The notes under the pieces: generated by a model
Databases searched by the model: none
What the model was told of the DNA's origin: nothing
The model's input: the letters and a program-made list of their open reading frames with translations, nothing else
Program-made: the position numbers and the translations under genes
Shown here: positions 49,130 to 58,556 of the stretch, piece after piece
How positions within the stretch are numbered: the first letter of the stretch is position 1
How the letters are laid out: each line of letters begins with the position of its first letter
Origin: an uncultured Candidatus Rokubacteria bacterium
Lineage (GTDB): Bacteria > Methylomirabilota > Methylomirabilia > Rokubacteriales > DASRDR01
Direction: 5' to 3'
Length of the DNA stretch: 64,000 nt
NCBI GenBank assembly: GCA_963708025.1
Contig: CAVPSB010000031.1
Span: forward strand, 64,001-128,000

Positions 49130-50634
49130 TTCCGGAAGAGGTTCTTGACCGTCGGTGTCAGCCGGGTCCGGTTGTAAGCGTCGCCGAGCTTCCGGATGGC
49201 TTCCGCCTGGGTCGGGTAGCTGTGGATCACGCTGGCGATCTTCCCGAGCCCGATCCCGTGCACGAGGGCGAGGGTCAGCTCGGGCAGCATCTCGCCGGCG
49301 TGCCGGGCGACGATGGTCGCGCCGACGATCTTGTCCGTCCCCTCCCGGACGTGCACCTTCACGAAGCCTTCGGGCTCGCCGTCGAGGACCGCCCGGTCGA
49401 GGTCGGCGAACTCCTGGACGAAGGTCTTGACCCGGATTCCCCGCTTCTGCGCCTCGGACTCAGAGAGGCCGACGTGGGCGATCTCGGGATCGGTGTAGGT
49501 GCAGGCCGGGATCGTGAGCGCGCTGGCCCGGGCCCGCCCGAAGAAGAGGGCGTTCTGGATCACGATCCGCGCCTGGAAGTCCGAGTTGTGGGTGAACTTG
49601 TAGCCGGGGCAGACGTCCCCGGCGGCGAAGATGCGGGGGTTGGTCGTCCGCAGCCGGTCGTCGACCTTGATCCCCTTCGCGTCGTGCTGGACGCCGACCG
49701 TCTCCAGGCCCAGGCCCTCGACGTTGGGCGCCCGGCCGACGCCGACGAGGATCGCGTCGGCCCGCACGGTCTCGCCGGGGCCGCCCGCCTCGACGTGGAG
49801 GAGCTTCTCGCCGCCGGCGGCCTCGACGCGCTGGATCTTGCAGCCGACCAGGATGCGGATGCCGTCCCGGGCGAGCGAGGCCTGCACCATCGCCGCCGCC
49901 TCGCGGTCCTCCAGCGGCAGGATCTGGGGCATCACCTCGAGGAGCGTGACCTGGGCGCCGAAGCGCGCGAAGGCCTGGGCCAGCTCGCAGCCGATCGGGC
50001 CGGCGCCGATCACGGCGAGGCGGCGGGGCAGCTCGGTCAGCCGGAAGACCGTCTCGTTCGTCAGGAAGCCCGCCTCGGCCAGCCCGGCGATGGGCAGGGC
50101 GGCGGCCCGGGCGCCGGTGGCGATCACCGCCTTCTTGAAGGTGAGGCGGGTGCCGTTCACCTCGACCTCGTCCGCGCTGACGAAGCGCCCGGCGCCCATG
50201 AAGACGTCAACGCCGAGGTCGCGGAACCGCCCCGCGGAGTCGGTCTTGCTGATCTTCGCCCGCAGCCGCCGCATCCGCTCCATGACGGCCGGGAAGTTGA
50301 CGCGCGCCCCGGGCGGCACCTCCACGCCGAACTCGCCGGCGTCCCGGACGTCGGCGTAGGCCCGGGCGGCCCGCAGCAGGGCCTTGGACGGGACGCAGCC
50401 GACGTTGAGGCAGTCGCCCCCCATCAGCTCCCGCTCGATGAGCGCGACCTTCGCCCCCAGCCCGGTGGCCCCCGCCGCGGTGACCAGCCCGGCGGTGCCG
50501 GCGCCGATCACCACCAGGTTGTAGCGGCCCGCCGGCTTGGGGTTGACCCACTCAGGCGGGTGGACGTTCTGGACGAGCCCCTGGTTGTGGCTGTCCCAGG
50601 GCTCGATCACGATCGACTCGGTGGCCTTCTCCAT
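49108..50634 (-). CDS. MerA/LpdA-like pyridine nucleotide-disulfide oxidoreductase
   Basis: VIGAGTAG, GGDCLNVGCVPSK, IGAGPIG, YTDPE, HSYPT; no C-terminal Cys-Cys. Confidence 0.88.
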   Translation of the reverse strand: MEKATESIVIEPWDSHNQGLVQNVHPPEWVNPKPAGRYNLVVIGAGTAGLVTAAGATGLGAKVALIERELMGGDCLNVGCVPSKALLRAARAYADVRDAGEFGVEVPPGARVNFPAVMERMRRLRAKISKTDSAGRFRDLGVDVFMGAGRFVSADEVEVNGTRLTFKKAVIATGARAAALPIAGLAEAGFLTNETVFRLTELPRRLAVIGAGPIGCELAQAFARFGAQVTLLEVMPQILPLEDREAAAMVQASLARDGIRILVGCKIQRVEAAGGEKLLHVEAGGPGETVRADAILVGVGRAPNVEGLGLETVGVQHDAKGIKVDDRLRTTNPRIFAAGDVCPGYKFTHNSDFQARIVIQNALFFGRARASALTIPACTYTDPEIAHVGLSESEAQKRGIRVKTFVQEFADLDRAVLDGEPEGFVKVHVREGTDKIVGATIVARHAGEMLPELTLALVHGIGLGKIASVIHSYPTQAEAIRKLGDAYNRTRLTPTVKNLFRKWLAWTR

Positions 50635-50749
50635 CACCTCACGCACCTCTCTGGTCGCGCCGGCTCCGCTCTTCCGATCTCAGCCCGATCCGTCGCGCGT
50701 GGGCTTCTCGCGATGCTCAGCCTGTGCTCTCGCGGTCGTGGCGTTCCAC

Positions 50750-50833
50750 TCCGAGCGGCGGCTTCGCCGCCGCAACCCCCTCCCGGGGGAGGTTCCGGAG
50801 GGGGCCCCTTACGATCAGTGGGCCCCCTCCGGT
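50750..50833. repeat. repeat family C hairpin plus GC palindromes
   Basis: gcggcggc-ttc-gccgccgc; ccggagggggccc..gggccccctccgg. Confidence 0.7.
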
Positions 50834-50835
50834 CT

Positions 50836-51564
50836 CTAGCGCTCGGTGCGCTGCTGAAGGGCTCGCCGGGCGACCCTCGTGACGTACACCGTCACCGCCA
50901 CCGTCGCCAGCAGACCGACCACGCGGAGTGCCCACTCGGCGGTGGACGTGGCCCGCTGACCGGTGCCGACCGCCGCCAGGTCCCCGGCAAGGGAGCCGAA
51001 GTAGACGTACATCACGGTGCCGGGCATCATGCCGATCCAGGATGCGAAGAAGTAGTCGCGGAGCGACACGCGGGTCAGGCCGAACGCGTAGTTCAGGAGG
51101 TTGAACGGGAACGCCGGCGAGAGCCGGGTGAGCCCGACGATCTTCCAGCCCTCCCGGCCGACCGCCTCGTCGATCGCCTTGAACTTGGTGTTGCCCTCGA
51201 TCTTCTTCGACACCCAGTCGCGGGCCAGGTAGCGGCCGACGAGGAAGGCGGCGGTGGCCCCGAGGGTCGCCGCGATCGAGACGATGATCGAGCCCTTGAC
51301 CACGCCGAAGACGAAGCCGGCGCCGAGCGTGAGGATCAAGCCCGGCAGGAAGAGGACGGTGGCGGCGATGTAGAGGAGCACGAAGATCACCGGCCCCCAC
51401 GGGCCGAGCCCGGCGATGCCGTCGAGCGCCTGCCGCAGCAGGGCCTGGGCGTTGAAGTAGCGGGCCGCGGCCAGGAGGGCCACGATGACGAGCACCCAGA
51501 GGACGAGCTTGGCCTTCGAGCCCGATTTCTGTGCCGGAGCTGCCGTGGCCGTGGTCGGTGGCAT
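50836..51564 (-). CDS. TVP38/TMEM64 (VTT/DedA) membrane protein
   Basis: FLPGLILTLGAGFVFG, RLSPAFPFNLLNYAFGLT, MMPGT. Confidence 0.9.
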   Translation of the reverse strand: MPPTTATAAPAQKSGSKAKLVLWVLVIVALLAAARYFNAQALLRQALDGIAGLGPWGPVIFVLLYIAATVLFLPGLILTLGAGFVFGVVKGSIIVSIAATLGATAAFLVGRYLARDWVSKKIEGNTKFKAIDEAVGREGWKIVGLTRLSPAFPFNLLNYAFGLTRVSLRDYFFASWIGMMPGTVMYVYFGSLAGDLAAVGTGQRATSTAEWALRVVGLLATVAVTVYVTRVARRALQQRTER

Positions 51565-51774
51565 ACTTCCGCTCCTTGTCCACGCGGGTCCCGCGTCGAA
51601 TGGTGCTCAGGAGTATACTCTGCTGGCCCGCTCGCTGTCTCCCGGTTCGCGGTCTTCTCGTCGCCGAGGTCTACGTCAGGGCCGAGGAGGCGGGGTTGGC
51701 CCTGGAGGGCCGGCTCCGAAGTAGCCTGCAGATCCACCGACTTCGTCGCCGCCGGGCTCCTGTAGAATGCCGTC

Positions 51775-52524
51775 ATGCCAACCGACGCCAGCGACCGGAA
51801 GCTCGAGATCGTCACCGAGGTCCCCGATCGCGCCATGGTGGTCTTCGCCCATCCCGACGACGGGGAGATCGGCTCCGGAGGCGTGGTGGCCCGGTGGGTG
51901 GCCGCCGGCAGCGAGGTCACCTACGTGCTCTGCACGAACGGCGACGCCGGCACCGCCGACCGGTCGCTGACGCCGGCCGAGCTCGCCACGCGGCGGGCGG
52001 ACGAGCAGCGCGCCGCCGCGGACTTCATGGGCGTCCGGCACGTGGTCATGCTGGGCTATCCCGACGGCGAGCTCGAGGACACCCGGGCGTTCCTCGGCGA
52101 CGTCGTGCGCGCCATTCGCCGGTACCAGCCGCACACGGTCTTCGTCCACGACCCGTATCGGATCAAGGGGTTCCAGCACCGCGATCACCGCAAGGCGGGC
52201 ATCGTGACGACGGATGCCGTCTATCCGTTCGCCCGCGACCACCTGCACTTCCCCGACCAGATCACGCGGGACGGCCTCGAGCCCCACCGGGTCCGCGAGC
52301 TCTGGTACTGGGGCATGGACGAGCCGAACGTCATCGTCGACATCACGGACTCGATCGACCGGCAGATCGCCGCCCTCGTCCGCCACGAAAGCCAGGTGCC
52401 CGGCTTCAACGTGCCGCCGGGCGAGACGCTCGGCGAGCGCGTGAAGCGCCATGCCGTCGAGCTGGCGGCGGGCTACGGCTTCGAGTACGGCGCCGTGTTC
52501 CGGCGCCTGATCGCCCGGCGCTGA
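51775..52524 (+). CDS. PIG-L/LmbE family deacetylase
   Basis: AHPDD, TNGDAG, YPDG, HRDH, HESQ. Confidence 0.9.
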   Translation: MPTDASDRKLEIVTEVPDRAMVVFAHPDDGEIGSGGVVARWVAAGSEVTYVLCTNGDAGTADRSLTPAELATRRADEQRAAADFMGVRHVVMLGYPDGELEDTRAFLGDVVRAIRRYQPHTVFVHDPYRIKGFQHRDHRKAGIVTTDAVYPFARDHLHFPDQITRDGLEPHRVRELWYWGMDEPNVIVDITDSIDRQIAALVRHESQVPGFNVPPGETLGERVKRHAVELAAGYGFEYGAVFRRLIARR

Positions 52525-52631
52525 CCGCATCCTCCCCTTCCTGGTGGGGGAGGGAGCGGGCCCGGGGCGCCCGGAAGGCTGATACACTACCCGGCGGCAG
52601 CGGACCGTCGCGTCCGCGAAAGGAGGCCACC

Positions 52632-53657
52632 ATGCCGATCGTGAGGACCCTGGTGCTCGCCGTGCTGGCCGGCGGCGTCATCGCCGCCGGGCCCCCCGCG
52701 GCCGCGCAGACGACGCTCACGATGTCTTCGTGGGTGTCGCCGCAGCACCACGTCACCATCCTGCTGCAGACCTGGGCCAGCGAGGCCGAGAAGGCCACCA
52801 ACGGCCGGGTCAAGTTCCAGATGCTGCCGAAGCACCCCTCGGCGCCGCCGGGAACCTTCGACGCGGTCAGGGAGGGCCTCGTCGACCTCTCGTACGTCAC
52901 CGCGAGCTACACGCCGGCGCGGCATGTCATGACCCTCATGCCGGAGCTGCCCGGCGGCGGCGACACCTCGCTCGTCAACTCGGTCGCCTACTCGCGCATC
53001 CACTGGAAGTACTTCCAGAAGGTCGGCGAGTACAAGGGCGTGAAGCTGCTCGGCGTGTTCACGCACGGCCCCGGCCAGATGTTCACCAAGCGGCCCGTCA
53101 GTGGCATCAACGACGTGCAGGGACTCAAGATCCGCACCGGCGGCGGCGTGGCCGACGCGGTGGCCAAGGCGCTCGGCACCTCGGCCTTCGTGAAGCCCGC
53201 GCCCGAGTCCTACGAGCTGCTCAAGACCGGCGTCGCCGACGGCGTGTTCTTCCCGCTGGAGGCCATCGCCTCCTTCAAGCTCGAGACCGTGCTCGAGCAG
53301 GTCACGATCTTCCCGGGCGGGATGTACAGCTCGGCGTTCGGCTTCTTCATGAACGAGGAGAAGTGGAACAAGCTGCCGAAGCAGGATCAGGACGCGATCG
53401 AGAAGATCTCCGGTGAGCACATCGCGCGCCTGGCCGGCCCGTCCTGGGACGAGGCCGACAAGAAGGGCCTGGAAGCGGCGAGGAAGAACGGTATCAAGGT
53501 CGTCAACGCGAGCCCCGTCTTCGCCACCGAGGTCCAGAAGCGCTCCGCTCCCATCATCGACGACTGGATCAAGCAGGCGAGCGCCAAGGGGGTGGACGCT
53601 GCCAAGATCCTCGCGGAATTCCGCGAGGAGCTGAAGAAGGTCGCCGCCGGTCAGTGA
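52632..53657 (+). CDS. dctP: TRAP transporter substrate-binding protein
   Basis: Signal peptide, ATNGRV, GLKIR, YELLKTGVADG, MNEEKWNKLP. Confidence 0.9.
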   Translation: MPIVRTLVLAVLAGGVIAAGPPAAAQTTLTMSSWVSPQHHVTILLQTWASEAEKATNGRVKFQMLPKHPSAPPGTFDAVREGLVDLSYVTASYTPARHVMTLMPELPGGGDTSLVNSVAYSRIHWKYFQKVGEYKGVKLLGVFTHGPGQMFTKRPVSGINDVQGLKIRTGGGVADAVAKALGTSAFVKPAPESYELLKTGVADGVFFPLEAIASFKLETVLEQVTIFPGGMYSSAFGFFMNEEKWNKLPKQDQDAIEKISGEHIARLAGPSWDEADKKGLEAARKNGIKVVNASPVFATEVQKRSAPIIDDWIKQASAKGVDAAKILAEFREELKKVAAGQ

Positions 53658-54127
53658 GCTCGCCCGAGCGCGGGTGGAGGCGGCACGCCGAGGGGGTCCT
53701 CGGCGTCGCCGCCTCCGCCATTCTCATGGCCATGATGCTCCTCACGTTCGTGGACGTGGTGGCCCGGTACGTCTTCAACCGCCCGGTGAGGGGCGCCTTC
53801 GAAGTGACCGAGCTGATGCTGCTGGTGCTCATCTTCGCCGGGCTGCCGCTGGTGTCGTTCACCGACGGGCACGCCCTCATGGACTTCATCGACCGCCTGC
53901 TCGTCCCGGGGACCCGGCGCCGCCTCGAGCGTGCGGTCCAGCTGATCTGCGCGGCGATCATGTTCCTGCTCGCCTGGCTGATCTGGCTCAAGGCCGACCG
54001 GATCTGGGCCTACCGGGACGCCACCGACGTGCTGCGCATCGTGTACGGCCCCTTCGTCTACTTCATGGCGGTCATGATCGGGCTGACGGCGATGATCCAC
54101 CTGTACAAGGCGGTGGACCGTCCGTGA
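53654..54127 (+). CDS. dctQ: TRAP transporter small permease
   Basis: DVVARYVFNRP..E; 4 TM. Confidence 0.88.
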   Translation: MSSPERGWRRHAEGVLGVAASAILMAMMLLTFVDVVARYVFNRPVRGAFEVTELMLLVLIFAGLPLVSFTDGHALMDFIDRLLVPGTRRRLERAVQLICAAIMFLLAWLIWLKADRIWAYRDATDVLRIVYGPFVYFMAVMIGLTAMIHLYKAVDRP

Positions 54128-55422
54128 TCGAGGGGCTGGTCGGGCTCACGGCGATCATGGTGATCGCCTTCCTCCGCCTGCCCATCTCCTTCGCCATGGG
54201 CTTGGTCGGGGTCGTCGGCTACGCCTACATGCGGGACTGGAACTGGGCGGTGGCGTTCGCCATGACCCAGACCAAGATCTACGAGACCGGACGCAACTAC
54301 ACGCTGTCGGTGGTGCCGCTGTTCATCCTGATGGGCAACTTCGTGACGCGCGCCGGCATGTCGCAGGAGCTGTTCCGGGCCGCTTACGCCTTCATCGGCC
54401 ACCTCCGCGGCGGGCTGGCCATGGCGACCATCTGGGCCTCGGCCGGCTTCGGGGGGATCTGCGGCTCCTCCATCGCCACCACCGCCACGTTCGCCAAGGT
54501 GGCCTACCCCTCGATGAAGCGCTTCGGCTACTCCGACCGGCTGGCGGCGGGGGTGATCGCCGGCGGCGGCACCCTCGGCATCATGATCCCGCCCTCCACC
54601 ATCATGGTGATCTACGGCGTGTTCACCGAGACCAACATCGGGAAGCTGTTCGCGGCCGGGATCGTGCCCGGGATCGTGGGCGCCATCCTGCTGTGCCTCG
54701 CCGTCCAGTACATGACGTGGCGGGATCCGGCCTCCGGCCCGCCGGGCGAGCGCTCGAGCTGGCGGGAGCGCGGACTCGCCCTCAGGGACGTGTGGGCGGT
54801 GGCCGCGTTGTTCCTCTTCGTGATGGGCGGCATCTACGGCGGCCTGTTCACCGCCACCGAGGGGGCCGGCATGGGCGCCTTCGGCGCCATGATCTTCGCG
54901 CTGTGGCGGCGGGCGCTGACCTGGCGGACGCTCTACGCCGCGCTCCTGGAGAGCGCGCGCACCACCGCCATGCTGTTCATGATCCTGATCGGCGCGCTGA
55001 TGTTCGCGGAGTTCGTCAACATCACCACGATGCCGAGCGACCTCAAGGCCTTCGTCACCCGCTTCGAGCTGAGCCCGATCACGGTGGTGGTGGCGATCAG
55101 CGCGATCTACGTGGTGCTCGGCACCGCCATGGAAGAGCTGTCGATGGTGCTGCTCACCATGCCGGTGTTCTTCCCGGTCATCATGCACCTGGGGTTCGAC
55201 CCGGTCTGGTTCGGGATCATCATCGTGTGCGTCGTCGAGATCGGCCTGATCAGCCCGCCGGTCGGGATGAACATGTTCGTGCTCAAGACGCTGCTGCCCG
55301 AGGTGTCGACGGCAACGGTGTTCAGCGGCGTGATGCCGTTCATGTGGGCCGACGTGGTGCGTCTGGCGATCCTGATCGCGTTCCCGTGGCTCAGCCTCTG
55401 GCTCCCGAGCCTGATGCGATGA
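54124..55422 (+). CDS. dctM: TRAP transporter large permease
   Basis: VPLFILMG, GGTLGIMIPPS, FTATEG, ISPPVGMN. Confidence 0.92.
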   Translation: MIEGLVGLTAIMVIAFLRLPISFAMGLVGVVGYAYMRDWNWAVAFAMTQTKIYETGRNYTLSVVPLFILMGNFVTRAGMSQELFRAAYAFIGHLRGGLAMATIWASAGFGGICGSSIATTATFAKVAYPSMKRFGYSDRLAAGVIAGGGTLGIMIPPSTIMVIYGVFTETNIGKLFAAGIVPGIVGAILLCLAVQYMTWRDPASGPPGERSSWRERGLALRDVWAVAALFLFVMGGIYGGLFTATEGAGMGAFGAMIFALWRRALTWRTLYAALLESARTTAMLFMILIGALMFAEFVNITTMPSDLKAFVTRFELSPITVVVAISAIYVVLGTAMEELSMVLLTMPVFFPVIMHLGFDPVWFGIIIVCVVEIGLISPPVGMNMFVLKTLLPEVSTATVFSGVMPFMWADVVRLAILIAFPWLSLWLPSLMR

Positions 55423-55426
55423 CCCG

Positions 55427-56587
55427 ATGAGCGTCGCCCGCGCGATCAACATCGACGACCTGCGCCAGCTCGCCCGCCGGCGCCTGCCGCGCGTGGTGTT
55501 CGACTACCTCGACGGCGGCGCCGAGGACGAGACGACCCTCGACTGGAACCGGGCGGCCTTCCGGCGATGGGCGCTCGTCCCCCGGGTGCTCCCCGGCACC
55601 GGGAGCGTCAACCTCTCGGTCGACATGTTCGGCGAGCGGCTGGCGCTGCCGCTGATCGTCGGGCCCACCGGTCTCAACGGCATTTACTGGCCGCGCGCCG
55701 ACGTGCTGCTCGCCCGCGCCGCCGGCGCGGCGGGCGCCGCCTTCACGCTGTCGACAGCCTCGAACAGCTCGCTCGAGGAGGTCGCGGCCGCCGGTCCCGG
55801 CGTCAAGTGGTTCCAGCTCTACGCGTGGGGGGAGCGCGCCATCTCGCAGCGGCTGATCGAGCGGGCGGCGGCGGCCGGCTACCGGGCCCTGCTCGTGACC
55901 GTGGACACGCTGACGCTCGGCAAGCGCGAGCGCGACCTGCGGAACGACTTCGCCCACCAGGTCCGCTACACCCCGAGGATCGTCCTCGACGGGCTCGCGC
56001 ATCCCCGGTGGCTGATCGGGACGTGGCTCCGCGCCGGCGTCCCGCGCTTCGAGAACATCGTCGAGTTCGCGCCGAAGGGCGCGACCGCGCGCGAGCTCAC
56101 CGCCTTCGTGCGGGCGCGCCGCAACCTGGCGCTGTCCTGGGACGACCTGGCCTGGATGCGCGGCCGCTGGACCGGCCCCTTCCTGGTCAAGGGCGTGCTG
56201 GCCGCCGAGGACGCGAAGCGGGCGGCCGACCTGGGCGCCGACGGCGTCGTCGTGTCGAACCACGGCGGGCGCCAGCTGGACGGCGCCATCGCCTCGCTCG
56301 ACGCGCTGGTCCCCATCGTGGACGCGGCCGGCGACCGGCTGGCGGTGATCGTGGACGGCGGCGTCCGCCGCGGCGCCGACGTGGTCAAGGCGCTCGCGCT
56401 CGGGGCCCGGGCCGTGCTTCTCGGCCGGGCGCCCCTCTACGGGGTCGCCGCGGCCGGCGAGCCGGGCGCCGCCCGGGCGCTGGCGATCCTGCGCGACGAG
56501 CTGGAGCGGGCGATGTTCTTCGTCGGCAGCCGGAGCGTGGCCGGGCTGTCGCGCGCGTACCTGCAGGAGCGCTACCAGCCGCGTTAG
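55427..56587 (+). CDS. FMN-dependent alpha-hydroxy acid dehydrogenase/oxidase (L-lactate/mandelate family)
   Basis: FDYLDGGAEDE, WFQLY, KRERD, VSNHGGRQLD, DGGVRRGAD. Confidence 0.92.
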   Translation: MSVARAINIDDLRQLARRRLPRVVFDYLDGGAEDETTLDWNRAAFRRWALVPRVLPGTGSVNLSVDMFGERLALPLIVGPTGLNGIYWPRADVLLARAAGAAGAAFTLSTASNSSLEEVAAAGPGVKWFQLYAWGERAISQRLIERAAAAGYRALLVTVDTLTLGKRERDLRNDFAHQVRYTPRIVLDGLAHPRWLIGTWLRAGVPRFENIVEFAPKGATARELTAFVRARRNLALSWDDLAWMRGRWTGPFLVKGVLAAEDAKRAADLGADGVVVSNHGGRQLDGAIASLDALVPIVDAAGDRLAVIVDGGVRRGADVVKALALGARAVLLGRAPLYGVAAAGEPGAARALAILRDELERAMFFVGSRSVAGLSRAYLQERYQPR

Positions 56588-56628
56588 CCTGACGCGGCCG
56601 TGGCTGTCGGGCCAGACGAGGTGAAGCG

Positions 56629-57108
56629 ATGACCGATCTCTCCTCGCCTTCGACTATCGTCATCGGCCGTCTGGCGTCGGGTCCGGTGCCCCCGGACTCG
56701 GCGAGCGCCACCTGGCCGAACGTGCTCCACACGCGCATCGCCGACGTGATGGGGCAGATGGGGCCGCCACCCTGGGCCCGGCGGCTCATCGCGGACGAGC
56801 GCCAGCTCGTCACGCTGATCGCCAGTCCGCCGGGCGGGGGCAACCGGCCGCACTGGCACCGGGAGTTCGACGAGTGGTGGGTCGTCCTCGCCGGGCGGCT
56901 GGAGTGGGAGCTGACCGGCGGGGTCGTCCTGCGGGCGGGCCCGAGCGACATCGTCTGGGTGCCGCGGGGGACCGTCCACCACATCCGGAACGTGGGCGAG
57001 GACGTGTCCCTTCGCCTGGCGGTCGCCATGCCACCGGCCACGCACCACTTCAGCGCCTGCGAGGCGTGCGGCTACACCGACGACGGCCCGCGCGAGTGGA
57101 ACGCGTGA
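56629..57108 (+). CDS. cupin domain protein
   Basis: PHWHREFDEWW..G, VPRGTVHHIRN; C-terminal CEAC. Confidence 0.85.
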   Translation: MTDLSSPSTIVIGRLASGPVPPDSASATWPNVLHTRIADVMGQMGPPPWARRLIADERQLVTLIASPPGGGNRPHWHREFDEWWVVLAGRLEWELTGGVVLRAGPSDIVWVPRGTVHHIRNVGEDVSLRLAVAMPPATHHFSACEACGYTDDGPREWNA

Positions 57109-57132
57109 GGCGGCCCCAGCCGGAATCCTGAA

Positions 57133-58495
57133 CTACTCGACAATCGGCCAGCGGGGTCGCGGGGCGAGGCCCGCGCGCGCCAGGTACGGTCCCGACAGCC
57201 GCTCGGCGCGGTCGAGAACCTCGGCCTCGGCCACGGTCGTCACGCGCGCGGTCGTCCAGCACGACGCGCCCGTCGACGATCACCGTCCGCACGCTGGCCC
57301 CGCTGGCGCTGTAGACCAGACTGTTCACCGGGTCGAGCAGCGGGCGCCACTCCGGCAGGTCCAGGTCGAAGACGACCAGGTCGGCGCGCTTGCCCGGCTC
57401 GAGCGAGCCGATCTCGGCCTCGAGCCCCAGCGCCCGCGCCCCGTGGAGCGTGGCCATCTCGAGCACGCGCTCCGGCGGCATCACCGCGGGGTCCAGGCGC
57501 GCGTCCTTGGCGGCGAGGGCAGCCAGGTACATCAGCCGCAGCATGTCGAAGTGGTTCGAGCCGTTGGCGCTGTCGCCGCCGAGCGAGACGGGCACGCCCG
57601 CGTCCAGCATCTCGGGGAACCGTCCGTGCGCGAAGAGGCCCTTGACGTGCTTGAGCGCCGCGGAGGGACAGTGCGAGATCGTCACGCCCCGGCGGGCCAG
57701 GAGGGCGATGTCGGCGTCGTCCACGTACACCATGTGGGCGAGCTTGGTGCGCGGCCCGAGCACGCCCCAGGCGTCGAGGGTGGCCAGCGGCAGCGTGTCC
57801 GCCGTCTGGCGGGACGGATGCGAGGCGAGCTGCATCATCCCCCAGCCGGTCCCGTACCGCTCGGCCAGGGCGTGGGCGCCGCGGATCAGCGCCTCCGAGC
57901 CGGTGCCGAAGCCGATCAGGAGCGGCCAGGCCCGGACGCGTCCGCTCCCGCGCCGGTTCACCTCGTCCAGGACCGTCTCGGTGAGCCGCAGCGCCTCGCC
58001 GGTGGACTGGGCCAGCCGGCCGGGGCCGCGGACCAGGTCCCACGTCCAGCGTCCGAGGACCGCGCGCAGCCCCACCGCCTCCACCGCCTGCGCCACGCCC
58101 CGGACGTCGAAGAGGGTGCCGGCCTCGCAGAACGTCGTCGTCCCCGTCCGCAGCATCTCCAGGCAGGCGAGCTGGGCGGCGGCGGCCTCCTCCTCCGGGG
58201 TGATGGCGCTGTAGAGCGGGACGTACCAGTCCGGGACGTAGCGGTCCACCGGCACCTCGTCCGGCATCAGGCCGCGCGCGAGGTGCTCGGAGAGGTGGAC
58301 GTGGGTGTCGACGAAGCCGGGGAGCACGAGACGGCCCCTCCCGTCGATCACGCGGTCGGGCGGGCGCGGCGGGCGGACCTCGGCGGCGCGGCCGACCTGC
58401 GCGATCCGCGCGCCGTCGATGAGCACGGAGCCGTCCCGGAGGATCCGGCGCGCGGGATCCAGGGTGACGACGATGGCGTGCTCGACGAGGATCAT
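57133..58495 (-). CDS. amidohydrolase (MTA/SAH deaminase-like), frameshift near 57245
   Basis: PGFVDTHVH, LAHM, HCP, LGGD, GSLEPGKRADL; corrected tail ends PRWPIVE-stop. Confidence 0.85.
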
Positions 58496-58556
58496 GGGAC
58501 GCGGCTCACCCGGGAGGCTCCCGGGGAGCTCATCGGGCCGGCGGTGTCGGGGTCGC

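Noticed and set aside
49108-50634. Mercuric reductase / mer operon
   Set aside because: No C-terminal Cys-Cys, no NmerA domain, no merR/T/P nearby
12546-50833. CRISPR array from the repeated elements
   Set aside because: Copies are dispersed, with no regular spacers and no cas genes
39746-51564. Selenocysteine recoding in the rSAM cluster
   Set aside because: No in-frame TGA at a Cys-equivalent position; the TGA stops within the operons mostly overlap the next start
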